From Bacteroidales bacterium (GTDB lineage Bacteria > Bacteroidota > Bacteroidia > Bacteroidales > Muribaculaceae): DNA of 64,000 bases. Position 1 is the first letter of the stretch. Every line of letters begins with the position of its first letter. The stretch covers positions 11,680-75,679 of the forward strand of contig JAUNFY010000002.1 of the NCBI GenBank assembly GCA_030524805.1, written 5' to 3'. The notes under the pieces are model-generated. The model had not been told where the DNA came from and ran no database searches. It saw only the letters and a list, made by a program, of their open reading frames with translations. The translations under genes were made by a program, and so were the position numbers. This document shows positions 51,057 to 60,800 of this stretch, piece by piece.

Positions 51057-54000
51057 ATGAAGAAAGTATTATTTTTATTGATGCTCTTTGTGGCTTCGAT
51101 GACTGTGAAGGGAGCTGACGACCGCCCGGATGTCAACACAGATGAAAGCAAGGTGAAACCTTACACTCTTCCCGACGCGCTGACTACGAAGAAGGGAAAG
51201 AAAGTCAATACAGCGAGAGAGTGGGAGAAAGACCGCCGCCCCGAACTCTATGATTTGTTTGCAACTGAAGTTTATGGCAAGATGCCGTCGGGCAAGTATG
51301 ATGAAAAGTTTGCAGTGACGGCCGTTGATCCTGATTATGCGGGCGGCAGAGCCACTCATAAGACTATCAAGGCAACTTTCAGCCGCAAAGGAAGGAGCCG
51401 GGAGGCATGTTTCCATCTGTATATCCCTAACGGAGTAGCGAAAGCACCAGTGTTCATGTATTTCTCCGGTGAGGCCAAGGGTGATGACCCGAAGTTGCTG
51501 AGACTTCTTGATGCCGGATATGCGCTTTGTACGGGCGATAATGGAGAGTTTTTCCCCGACCGGAAGGAAAACCCCTATGCCGGGAGCGTGCTCAGCCTCT
51601 GGGGCTATGACAGGGAGGATAAGCTACCAGCAGATTGCGCCCGGGCTCTTGCCGTGTGGGCGTGGGGACATAGCAGAGCCCTTGATTATCTGGAGTCGGA
51701 TCCTGACGTCGACGCTTCGAAAGTAGTGGTGATGGGTTTTTCGCGTGGTGGAAAACTCGCCGGGTGGGCAGCCGCAAGCGATCCACGCTTCGCAATGGCT
51801 ATTCTCAACGACTCCGGATGCGGAGGTGCGGCACTTTTCCGTAGGAAATATGGCGAGAATGCCTATCGTATCAATACGGCATTCCCATATTGGTTTTGTG
51901 AGAACTTCCACAAATACAGTCTTAAGAATCCCTCACTTCCGGCAAGTCAGGATAATCTCAACGAGGATGCCCTCCCGGTTGACCAGCATGAGTTGATCGC
52001 CCTCATCGCTCCGCGCCCGGTGTATGTAGGCAGTGGAGAAGACGACAGCTGGTCAGACCCCAAAGGCGAATTTCTCGGCGTGGCGAATGCAGGTGAAGTA
52101 TATGCTCTCTATGGCTATTCCGGAATTGATACACTGGAGCAACCCGCTGTGAATCATCCGGTAGGCGACCGTGTGGCTTACCATGTGCGCTCCGGCGGAC
52201 ATGCGGTGAAAGTTTTTGATTGGGAAAACTATATCCGGTTTGCAGACAGGTGGCTGAAGGATAAGGGCGACGCCGAAAGGGCGATAGAAGCAGCCGATGT
52301 AGTTCGCACCGATTATAATCCGGGGCCACAAGTCTATCTTTATCAGGGCAATGGCCAGTTTGGCACTTCGGTAGGACCACTCGGACTACACCTCCGTCCT
52401 GAGCAGAAAGACAGCCGGTGGGGAAAGACAATGCTGCTGAATCTCAACCATCAAGGTCGCGGCAAATTCAATCAAGACTACGTGGTGCCGATGCTCGAAA
52501 TGTATTGGGGCCGGAATTTTGAAACTGTTTCAGATTACTGCCAGAAGCAGTCTTATTATAATGCTACCATCACAACGACCTTCAAGGGCGACGGGGTGGG
52601 ATATAGTGTTGAAAGTTGGTTTGATCCTGTCGATAAGTCGTTGTGCGTCTTTACTATCTATGCCGGGAAAGGAGGTGCTGAGGTTATAGTGTCGCCTTTT
52701 GAAGAAATAGATATTCATTATTCGCAGCACCTTGAGCCTGATGTCAGCATATCGCAGGTCGGCAATCAGTGGAAAATCACAATGGAATGTCTGGGCAAAC
52801 GTTCGGAGCTCTATCTGACGACAAATGCTGCTGCAAGGATTGATGGAAAGAAACTTGTAGTGACCCTGATGGAAGGCAACAACGATATAGAGATAGCTTA
52901 CGGCAAGGAGGTGTCGACTACGGTTGCAAAATCATTGAGCCAGACCAAAGACTGGTGGCATTCCAGATGGAACCGCTCTTATCTGAACATCCCGGAAGAC
53001 AAAGCTCAGAAAACATTCGTGCGCTCGATTGCGATGTTTCTTTCATCTTACGACGACACCAAGATCGGACTTAGCCCACCGATGGGCTATACCGGTAATT
53101 GGTGGCCCGGATACTATCCTCAGGATGTGTCGTATGTCCATGGAGCACTCCTGCCAACAGGAAATCTTGATATAGCAAGGTCGTGGATTGAATATTGGGC
53201 AGAACCTGAAAGGATAGAAGGCCTGCGAGCATATACCCGCCGGCTATATGGCAAAGAAGGTCTGTTGGCACCCTGGGTGTATCCCTATGGAAGTTTTGAA
53301 GGGTATCACGTTCCCGCGCCACCCAACAAGTTCTTCTATGAAATACACAATTCAGGATATTTCGCCCGGATGGCTGCCGAGACCGCTGAGTATGTCGACA
53401 ATCCGGAATGGACAGCACGGTATGCGAAGCCAATTTTGGAAGGATGTGCGGAATTTTATTCCAACATAATGACCAAAGGCGACGACGGCAAGTGGCATCT
53501 GTATGTCTATCCCTCGATGGGGCAGGATGAGCAAGGAGGTGAAAACCAGAAAGATTATCTATGCGCATCCTACAGCGCCCTCTATTGCCTGCAGCAGGCA
53601 GTCAGGCATGGTCTTGACAAAGACGGGCATTATCAGCAGATTCTCGACGACGGACTTGGATACGTAAATCAGAAGTCACCCTTAGGATTCTATTATTCCT
53701 CAGCCGGCAGCGGAGAAAAAGAATTCGGCCGTCAGAAACATCCCGTTCAGCTCAATGAACTCGCTTTCCTTCCGATAGGCACCGAAGCATCTGAATCGGC
53801 AAAAGTGGTATATGACCGACGGTATGACATCACCAACGGAGCAAAACGCCCGTTCTTTTTCGGTTGGACATTAGGCGAGTTCCTGCTTGCAGGCTCACGC
53901 CGGGGAGATGTGGAAGGCTGGAAATATGACTGGGCCAATATGGAGAAGTCTGATTATGTGGATCCTGAATGGATTCAGATATATGAGACAAGTGGCAATA

Positions 54001-54287
54001 CCACGACACCCTTCTATAATGTGACCAACGGCCTTGTGGTGCAATCGCTTATAAGCAATCTTGTGTGTGATTGGTATGGTCGGCTGGAACTTGCCAAATG
54101 CAATCCCTGGAAAGGAGTGGTGACCCTCAAGGGCATCAATTCGATATTGGGAGTCACGATCGATGGAGAGATAGAAGGAAAATCCTACGATGTGGTCATG
54201 ACAGCATGGAAAGATGCAGACTTTATATTGGACGGCAAGCAAATCATTCTCAGAAAAGGAGATAAGGTCAAAGTCTCCAATAAGTGA
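51057..54287 (+). CDS. Fusion protein: CE15-like glucuronoyl esterase domain plus C-terminal (alpha/alpha)6 glycoside-hydrolase-like domain
   Basis: Signal peptide MKKVLFLLMLFVASMTVKGAD (an alternative ATG at 51042 overlaps the GH115 stop as ATGA). CE15 pattern KVKPYTLPD...W...RRPELYDLF..EVYG, nucleophile motif GFSRGGK (Ser codon 51741-51743), RSGGHAV..DW. The C-terminal ~650 aa show a GH65/GH95-like pattern (DWWHSRWNRSYLNIPEDKAQKTFVRSIAMFL). Confidence 0.6.
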   Translation: MKKVLFLLMLFVASMTVKGADDRPDVNTDESKVKPYTLPDALTTKKGKKVNTAREWEKDRRPELYDLFATEVYGKMPSGKYDEKFAVTAVDPDYAGGRATHKTIKATFSRKGRSREACFHLYIPNGVAKAPVFMYFSGEAKGDDPKLLRLLDAGYALCTGDNGEFFPDRKENPYAGSVLSLWGYDREDKLPADCARALAVWAWGHSRALDYLESDPDVDASKVVVMGFSRGGKLAGWAAASDPRFAMAILNDSGCGGAALFRRKYGENAYRINTAFPYWFCENFHKYSLKNPSLPASQDNLNEDALPVDQHELIALIAPRPVYVGSGEDDSWSDPKGEFLGVANAGEVYALYGYSGIDTLEQPAVNHPVGDRVAYHVRSGGHAVKVFDWENYIRFADRWLKDKGDAERAIEAADVVRTDYNPGPQVYLYQGNGQFGTSVGPLGLHLRPEQKDSRWGKTMLLNLNHQGRGKFNQDYVVPMLEMYWGRNFETVSDYCQKQSYYNATITTTFKGDGVGYSVESWFDPVDKSLCVFTIYAGKGGAEVIVSPFEEIDIHYSQHLEPDVSISQVGNQWKITMECLGKRSELYLTTNAAARIDGKKLVVTLMEGNNDIEIAYGKEVSTTVAKSLSQTKDWWHSRWNRSYLNIPEDKAQKTFVRSIAMFLSSYDDTKIGLSPPMGYTGNWWPGYYPQDVSYVHGALLPTGNLDIARSWIEYWAEPERIEGLRAYTRRLYGKEGLLAPWVYPYGSFEGYHVPAPPNKFFYEIHNSGYFARMAAETAEYVDNPEWTARYAKPILEGCAEFYSNIMTKGDDGKWHLYVYPSMGQDEQGGENQKDYLCASYSALYCLQQAVRHGLDKDGHYQQILDDGLGYVNQKSPLGFYYSSAGSGEKEFGRQKHPVQLNELAFLPIGTEASESAKVVYDRRYDITNGAKRPFFFGWTLGEFLLAGSRRGDVEGWKYDWANMEKSDYVDPEWIQIYETSGNTTTPFYNVTNGLVVQSLISNLVCDWYGRLELAKCNPWKGVVTLKGINSILGVTIDGEIEGKSYDVVMTAWKDADFILDGKQIILRKGDKVKVSNK

Positions 54288-54321
54288 ATACCGGTTGCTA
54301 CGACCGCTTGAATAAAATCAA

Positions 54322-54351
54322 GGCCGGCTTCTGCGTTCGCAGAAGCCGGCC
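54322..54351. terminator. Bidirectional terminator hairpin at a convergent junction
   Basis: ggccggcttctgc-gttc-gcagaagccggcc, a perfect 13-bp stem, flanked by A-run/T-run (aatcaa...cttt). Confidence 0.75.
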
Positions 54352-54373
54352 CTTTACGCAGGAGGTGGTTGTC

Positions 54374-55849
54374 TTAGTTGTTTTCTATAAAAATGCCACT
54401 CGTGTTTCCTTCTGATTTCACGGGATTCTTGAGTTTCCTCAACTGAAGGCCGGCGTTGATGAAAAAGTCACGGCAGTCAATGAGTCTCAGCAATGGTTTG
54501 TCGGTAGCAGCGTCGTTGGTCGATATATTACTGATTTCAGCATTTACCACATCTTCCATCACTACTGCAGGACGGGCATCATCGCTGAGAAGAGCGACTC
54601 TGTAATTGTCGATCACCACATTCTTGGCATGACGCACATAAAGGCCATTGGCGGGATTGGTGCTTCCATACATCCTGTTTTCCGGATACCCGTTCAGATT
54701 CTCCTTCAATTTGGCGTCTGCTACCGCTTGTCCGGCACCCCCGCGGTGTTCCACATAAATGTCGCGCAGCGTTATGCCATCAATGATGCCATCGGGAACG
54801 CCGCTGATGAGTGAAGGAATCTGACCCAAGGCCTTGGCCGAGATGCCTTCCACTACTACATTCCGGATGCTTCCGACTCCATGGCGTCCGTTAAGGCAGA
54901 TGAAGATGGGTGTTATGATTCCGGTCATGGAGATATTAGAAAAATGAAGATTCTCGATGTGTCCTCCGTCTACCGACTCCACGGCAATTCCGGCCAGACC
55001 TGTGAGTTCTCCTTTCTCCACCCCGGGATATTCTTTCGACCAATCCCACACATTGCTTTCGGATGGCCTGTGAATCACACAATTCGAGACAGTGATGTTG
55101 CGGAAACCGCAATAGCTTGAGGTGCCTAATTTTATGGGATTGCAATTCGATCCGATTATGCAGTTGGTGATGGTGATATTCTCCGGCATGAAATCGGGAT
55201 CGTCGCTTTTCAGGCATATTCCGTCATCGTCGGAATCAATGCGGCAATTTGAAATGGTAACGTTGCGTGCATCCACATCAATTCCATCGTTGTTTACTAT
55301 GGAGTGGCTGTATACTTTCACATTGTCGATGGCCACACCGTCGCATCGGAAAAGACGGAACGACCACCACGCAGCATTTTTTACATATACGTCCTTGACT
55401 GTCACGTCGATGCAGTCTTCAAAATAGATGGCATGCGGACGATTGCCCTGATTGTTGCCATAGCGTTGGAAATTCTCATGCCAGCCCTGTCCGTCGATTG
55501 TGCCGCAGCCGGTCACAGATATTCCTTTAGCACCTTTGGCAGTCACCACTCCACGTCCGGGTGCGTAATCTTCCGGATGGTTTGTGGAGCCTTTGAGCAC
55601 GGTGCCTCCGCTTAGATGCAGTTCCACGCCATCTTTCAGCACCAATGATCCGGTCACGTATTCACCGGAGGGAATCACTACTGTGCCACCTCCCGATGCA
55701 GAACACTTGTCGATGGCATTCTGGATAGTGGTAGTGACGGTTTTTGAAGAACCGGATAGTCGGCTGAGCTTGTCGAGTGTGATATCTGCGGCATGTGCTG
55801 ACCAGCATCCTATGCCAATAGAGAGTACTATTGAACAGATCTTTTTCAT
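54374..55849 (-). CDS. GH28 family glycoside hydrolase (polygalacturonase/rhamnogalacturonase type)
   Basis: Signal peptide. TIQNAIDKCSASGGGTVVIPSGEY, NNDGIDVD, SDDDGICLKS; beta-helix repeats. Confidence 0.75.
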   Translation of the reverse strand: MKKICSIVLSIGIGCWSAHAADITLDKLSRLSGSSKTVTTTIQNAIDKCSASGGGTVVIPSGEYVTGSLVLKDGVELHLSGGTVLKGSTNHPEDYAPGRGVVTAKGAKGISVTGCGTIDGQGWHENFQRYGNNQGNRPHAIYFEDCIDVTVKDVYVKNAAWWSFRLFRCDGVAIDNVKVYSHSIVNNDGIDVDARNVTISNCRIDSDDDGICLKSDDPDFMPENITITNCIIGSNCNPIKLGTSSYCGFRNITVSNCVIHRPSESNVWDWSKEYPGVEKGELTGLAGIAVESVDGGHIENLHFSNISMTGIITPIFICLNGRHGVGSIRNVVVEGISAKALGQIPSLISGVPDGIIDGITLRDIYVEHRGGAGQAVADAKLKENLNGYPENRMYGSTNPANGLYVRHAKNVVIDNYRVALLSDDARPAVVMEDVVNAEISNISTNDAATDKPLLRLIDCRDFFINAGLQLRKLKNPVKSEGNTSGIFIENN

Positions 55850-55987
55850 GATTGTGGATAGATAATGTTAATATGTTAGTGTTTTATATTATTTCATATT
55901 ACAAAATTATATTTTTTTTTAATATCCACAGTCATTGTTTCTGACTAATGCTTGTGGAAACCTGACAAAAAGGCTTGAAAACGACAT

Positions 55988-56020
55988 GATGTTACTTGAG
56001 AAGAAGATGTTAAGATGTTA
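55988..56020 (+). repeat. Three copies of GATGTTA in the GH28/GH125 divergent intergenic region
   Basis: GATGTTA at 55988-55994, 56006-56012 and 56014-56020. Confidence 0.7.
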
Positions 56021-56061
56021 AAATTCAACAGTTCGTCAATAGTGGAGAAAAGTGCCTTTTC

Positions 56062-56107
56062 TTGGCAGAATAGCGTACAAGTTTTATTCGATATCAATGT
56101 AAATTTG
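56062..56107 (+). promoter_or_regulatory. Conserved box 5 plus -7 element (upstream of GH125)
   Basis: ttGGCAGAATAGCGTACA at 56062-56079. TAAATTTG at 56100-56107, 36 nt from the GGC. Confidence 0.55.
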
Positions 56108-56139
56108 CACTATGAATTACTAATCATAAGTGAAACAAG

Positions 56140-57600
56140 ATGAAGAAAGCATTTGTAGCTTCCGCTCTGGTTCTTTTTGCAGGAGGGCTGGCTTCAACCT
56201 CAGCCAACGCTTCTGAGATATGCCGGACGGACAAGGTAGTAAGTAAGAAAACCCAGAAACCGCGCCCCACGAACCGCCCGGCCAAGGGAGAGCGCCTTTT
56301 TCATTCAGATGCAGTGGAAAAGAAAATTGCAGAGGTTAAAAATCAGCTTGCCAACGAAAAATTGGCTTGGATGTTTGAGAATTGTTTCCCAAATACCATC
56401 GATACAACCGTACATTATCGTAAAGGAGCAGACGGAAAGAACGACACATTTGTATACACAGGCGATATTCATGCAATGTGGCTGCGGGATTCAGGAGCGC
56501 AGGTGTGGCCGTATGTCAGGCTTGCAAATGAAGATCCGGCATTGAAAGATATGCTCGAGGGCGTAATACGCCGACAGTTGAAATGTATTCTCCTTGATCC
56601 GTATGCAAATGCCTTCAATGACGGCCCTACCGGCGGATCCTGGCAGTCTGATTTCACAGATATGATACCTGAAGTGCATGAGCGCAAATGGGAGATCGAT
56701 TCTCTATGCTATCCCATACGTCTGGCATACGAATATTGGAAAGTGACTGGAGATTCCTCAATCTTCGATGAGGAGTGGCTGGCTGCAATGGATCTGATTG
56801 TGGCTACCTTTAAAGAACAGCAGCGTTATGATGGAGTGGGAAAATATACATTCCAACGTCGTACGGAGCGTGCGCTTGATACGCTCAACAACGGAGGCAA
56901 TGGAGCACCTGTCAATCCCTGTGGTCTGATAGTGTCATGTTTCCGTCCGTCTGACGACGCTACTACATTGCAATTCCTTGTTCCTTCCAATTTTTTCGCA
57001 GTCTCGGCGCTTCGCAAGGCAAGCGAGATTCTTGCTTCGGTGAATGGAGAGAAATCCAAAGCGGAAGAATGTCGTCGGCTTGCCAATGAGGTTGAGGCTG
57101 CCCTCAAGACATACGCCGTATATAATCATCCGGTGTTCGGCGCTATCTACGCATTCGAGGTTGATGGCTTCGGCAATCATTTCCTCATGGACGACGCCAA
57201 CGCTCCAAGCCTGCTCTCTCTTCCTTATCTTTGCGATGTGGATGAAAACGACCCTATTTATCAAAACACCCGTAGATATGTGTGGAGCGAATACAATCCC
57301 TATTTCTTCAAAGGGAATGCCGGAGAGGGTATAGGTGGCCCGCATATCGGCTATGACATGATATGGCCCATGAGCATTATGATGCGGGCTTTCACAAGTC
57401 AGGACGACAATGAAATTTGTGATTGCATAAGAATGCTGCTTGCTACGGATGCGGGCACCGGATTCATGCATGAATCGTTCAACAAAGACGATGCGTCAGA
57501 CTTCACCCGTCCGTGGTTTGCATGGCAAAACACTCTTTTCGGGGAGCTTATCGTGAAGCTTGTAGATGAAGGAAAGGTCGATCTTCTGAATAAAATCTGA
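56140..57600 (+). CDS. GH125 metal-independent alpha-mannosidase (DUF1237)
   Basis: [19 protein letters not shown] and a ~480-aa (alpha/alpha)6 protein with signal peptide; the hallmark GH125 motif. Confidence 0.85.
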   Translation: MKKAFVASALVLFAGGLASTSANASEICRTDKVVSKKTQKPRPTNRPAKGERLFHSDAVEKKIAEVKNQLANEKLAWMFENCFPNTIDTTVHYRKGADGKNDTFVYTGDIHAMWLRDSGAQVWPYVRLANEDPALKDMLEGVIRRQLKCILLDPYANAFNDGPTGGSWQSDFTDMIPEVHERKWEIDSLCYPIRLAYEYWKVTGDSSIFDEEWLAAMDLIVATFKEQQRYDGVGKYTFQRRTERALDTLNNGGNGAPVNPCGLIVSCFRPSDDATTLQFLVPSNFFAVSALRKASEILASVNGEKSKAEECRRLANEVEAALKTYAVYNHPVFGAIYAFEVDGFGNHFLMDDANAPSLLSLPYLCDVDENDPIYQNTRRYVWSEYNPYFFKGNAGEGIGGPHIGYDMIWPMSIMMRAFTSQDDNEICDCIRMLLATDAGTGFMHESFNKDDASDFTRPWFAWQNTLFGELIVKLVDEGKVDLLNKI

Positions 57601-57646
57601 TATCCGGACATCGCATGATGTCGATATCGCTTAAAGCAGTTTGTAG

Positions 57647-57679
57647 ATTGGTGTCCTGTGCTCTGTATAGGACACCAAT
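57647..57679 (+). terminator. Hairpin after GH125 (no clear T-tract)
   Basis: attggtgtcct / aggacaccaat 11-bp stem with an 11-nt loop. Confidence 0.45.
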
Positions 57680-57742
57680 TCATGTTATACTGCTGGTAAT
57701 TAATGGAATGGGTGTCTGCAAGTTTTTTGAGTGTCTTATGTT

Positions 57743-57809
57743 TTGGCAGAATTGTATACAAAATTAGCATGATAATGTGCAGGATAGTCGGATGAATTTG
57801 CTAAATTTG
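57743..57809 (+). promoter_or_regulatory. Conserved box 6 plus -7 element (upstream of the HTCS gene)
   Basis: ttGGCAGAATTGTATACA at 57743-57760. TAAATTTG at 57802-57809, 57 nt from the GGC. A half-box-like aatttgcatacaaa overlaps the -7 element. Confidence 0.55.
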
Positions 57810-57868
57810 CATACAAAACTTAACATTCGCGGAAAAGAAAGGGTAAACAAAAACTGATTTATGACATC

Positions 57869-60800
57869 ATGAAAAACCGTTGCTTTGAAATATTTCTATT
57901 TTTGATGGCGGTCGCTTTCCTGTATGGTTGTCCGACCGTAGAAGCTCAGATGATTCGAAGGCTTACTCATGCCGACGGCTTGCCAAGCAGTTCGGTCATG
58001 TCGGTCATGTCGTCGAAGACAGGTTTCCTGTGGCTCGGCACAGTGGATGGACTCGCCGTTTACGACGGCCATTCCATTCATCCCTTCAGCTCGCATCATT
58101 TTTCAGGTAATCTTTCAGGCAATCTGATCCACTCCCTTCATGAGACAGATGAGGCCATTTGGATCCAGACCAATCATGGGCTCGACCGTATGTCGAAAAA
58201 TGACAGCCGCTTGGAAGAGTTCAGCGACTTCAGGGAGAATTATACCTATGTTTCTGATGACGGGTCTGTGACATTCTCATTGGGATTGTCGAACAATTTA
58301 TATTACTACATTGATGGAGTCAGCAAGACATTCCAGCCTCTCGAAGGATTTGCTATTTCCACATCCGGATTGTGCACCTTCAGTTGGAGAGGTGATACGC
58401 TCAGAGTCTATCAGAAGGATGGCATAAGAGGTTTTGTGCTCGACCGCAAGGATGAGGAGCATTATAGAATAGTGAAGCAGTTGCCATTTCAGAAATTTGA
58501 TATGCATCATTGTTTCCATGATTATGACGGGAAGTTGTGGATTGTGGATCCGGAGGGGATAATATGGTTTTATGATGAGACGACAGGAAATCGAACCAGA
58601 TATGCCGATCTGGGCAGTGAGTGTAAGAAGCGTGGCCCTATATTCAGTATAGCCCGTCATAAGGGTAGCGATGATTTGTTTGTTGGATTTCAATGGGACG
58701 ATGTGGTGAAAGTGCGCGGCGCCGCCGATGGCGGAGAAGCGGAGATATTGCCGCTGGGCATCAACTCGGGCATAGTCGGCATTGAGCCGGATTCATATCA
58801 GGATGTGATGTGGATCATCACTGATGGTCATGGGGTCTATGAGTATATCAATGCGGATGTTTCGATTCAGAGCATCAAATATTCCGATCTTAATCAAATT
58901 ATCCGGCGCCCGGTGAGAGCGCTGTGGGTCGACGATGAGAATACTCTTTGGGTCGGCACGAAGGGAGATGGAATATTGAGATTGAAAAATTACGATAAGA
59001 TTGCCCAGACGGGTCAGATGACAAAGGAATTAATTGATCCGGGCAACAGTGGCCTGCTAAATAAAGAAGTTTATGCCTTTTCGCCAAGCTGTCGTCCTAT
59101 TTTGTGGATAGGAAGTGGAGGCGGACTTAATTATTATTCTTACGTGGAGCGTAAGATCAAGAACCTGCCTTTCAATGGTAATAAGTTTGTGCGTGACATA
59201 CATTCCATTCATGAAGAAAGTGATAGCGTATTGTGGGTGGCGGCCTCGGGGCAAGGTGTATACAGGCTCACACTTTCCGGTTCTTCCGACAATCCAAGTG
59301 TCGTATCGGTGAAGGAGTTTGCCAATGGCGACGGGAGCTGGGCTCTTAACTTCTTTTTTGCCATTCATCCCGGAAAAGATGGAGTGATGTATGGTGTCAA
59401 CAGAGGATATGGAGCCATGAAAATCAAAAACAATGAGATGAACATGCTCCCGATGATGAACGACTATGCCACCAGAATGGTAAACGATATATTTGCCATC
59501 GAGGTGCAAGGCGATACCCTTTGGTTTGGCACCGGGGCTGGCGTGATACGCCGAACCGGAAATGAAGAGACCATGTATGACCGGGAGGCGGGTCTCACCA
59601 ACGCCACTATCCATGCCATTGTGATGGCCGACGACCGGGATCTATGGTTTTCTACAAACGACGGACTCGCATGTCTGAATACCGCTACGGGTGGAATCCG
59701 CCTTTATAATCATTCTTCCGGTGTCGAAATCAATGAGTTTTCCGATGGTGCCTTCTGCAAGCATGGCAATGATATCTATTTCGGTGGGGTTGACGGAATC
59801 GTGAGGGTTTCGATAGGCTCCAATCCTATGCCGACCAAAGTGGATTATGCTCCAATCTATTTTACCGGAATTATAATAGGCGGAGAATATCATAATCTGA
59901 ACCCTTACAAAAACAGTAAAGGAATCAACATTGGATATGATGAGAATAGTTTTTCCATTGAGCTGGCAGCCCCCGACCATATCAATGGTGCGCATTACAC
60001 GTATTATTATAAACTCAACAACGATAAGGATTGGAATATGGTTGAGGACAACAAAATAAATTTCAGCCATCTTCCCTATGGATCCTATACCCTTACAGCC
60101 CGCTATGTCGACGGCGCCACAGGCTACGTGAGTCCGGCTCATTCCATCGATATAGAAGTCGAAGCCCCGTGGTATCTGTCATTGTGGGCAAAAATCTTTT
60201 ACTTCATGTTGATATTATCTGCGGTGTCGGCCGGCGTGTATTATGTGCTGTGGCGCCAGAAGCGCGAACAGAAACGCAAGATCAAGGAATTGAAACAGGA
60301 GCAGAAAGAAAAGATATATGAAGACAAACTCCGCTTCTTTACCGGAATCACCCACGAATTTAATGCTCCTCTTACATTGATTTACGGCCCATGCGAACGC
60401 ATATTGAATCATCGCGGTGTCGACAGTTACACCCGTCGTTATGTCACTCTTATCCGGCGCAATGCAGAGCGGCTCAATTCTCTCATTCAGGAGATAATAG
60501 ACTTCGGACGCATTGAAAGCGGGGCTATGCCGAGGGTGGTGACCGAGGTGAATGTGAGTATGCTGTGTGAGGATATTTTGCAGCTTTTTACAAGCCTGGA
60601 AGACCAGAATTCAGTAAAAGTGGTGCGGGAAATCGAATCGGATGTCGTCTGGCCTACTGATTTGAGAAGTATTACCAAGATTCTATATAATCTTATCTCA
60701 AATGCCTTCAAATATACTCCGTCGTATGGCACGCTCCGTCTGACGTTGCAGAGGGCAGGAGATAAATTGCAACTGAAGGTCTACAATACAGGACAAGGGA

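Noticed and set aside
55930-55945. Possible minus-strand copy of the conserved box upstream of GH28 (gtcagaaacaatgact), 36 nt from the minus-strand TAATTTTG
   Set aside because: Only the first half (GtCAGAA) resembles the box and the second half does not match. It is not counted as a seventh copy, although the spacing is suggestive.
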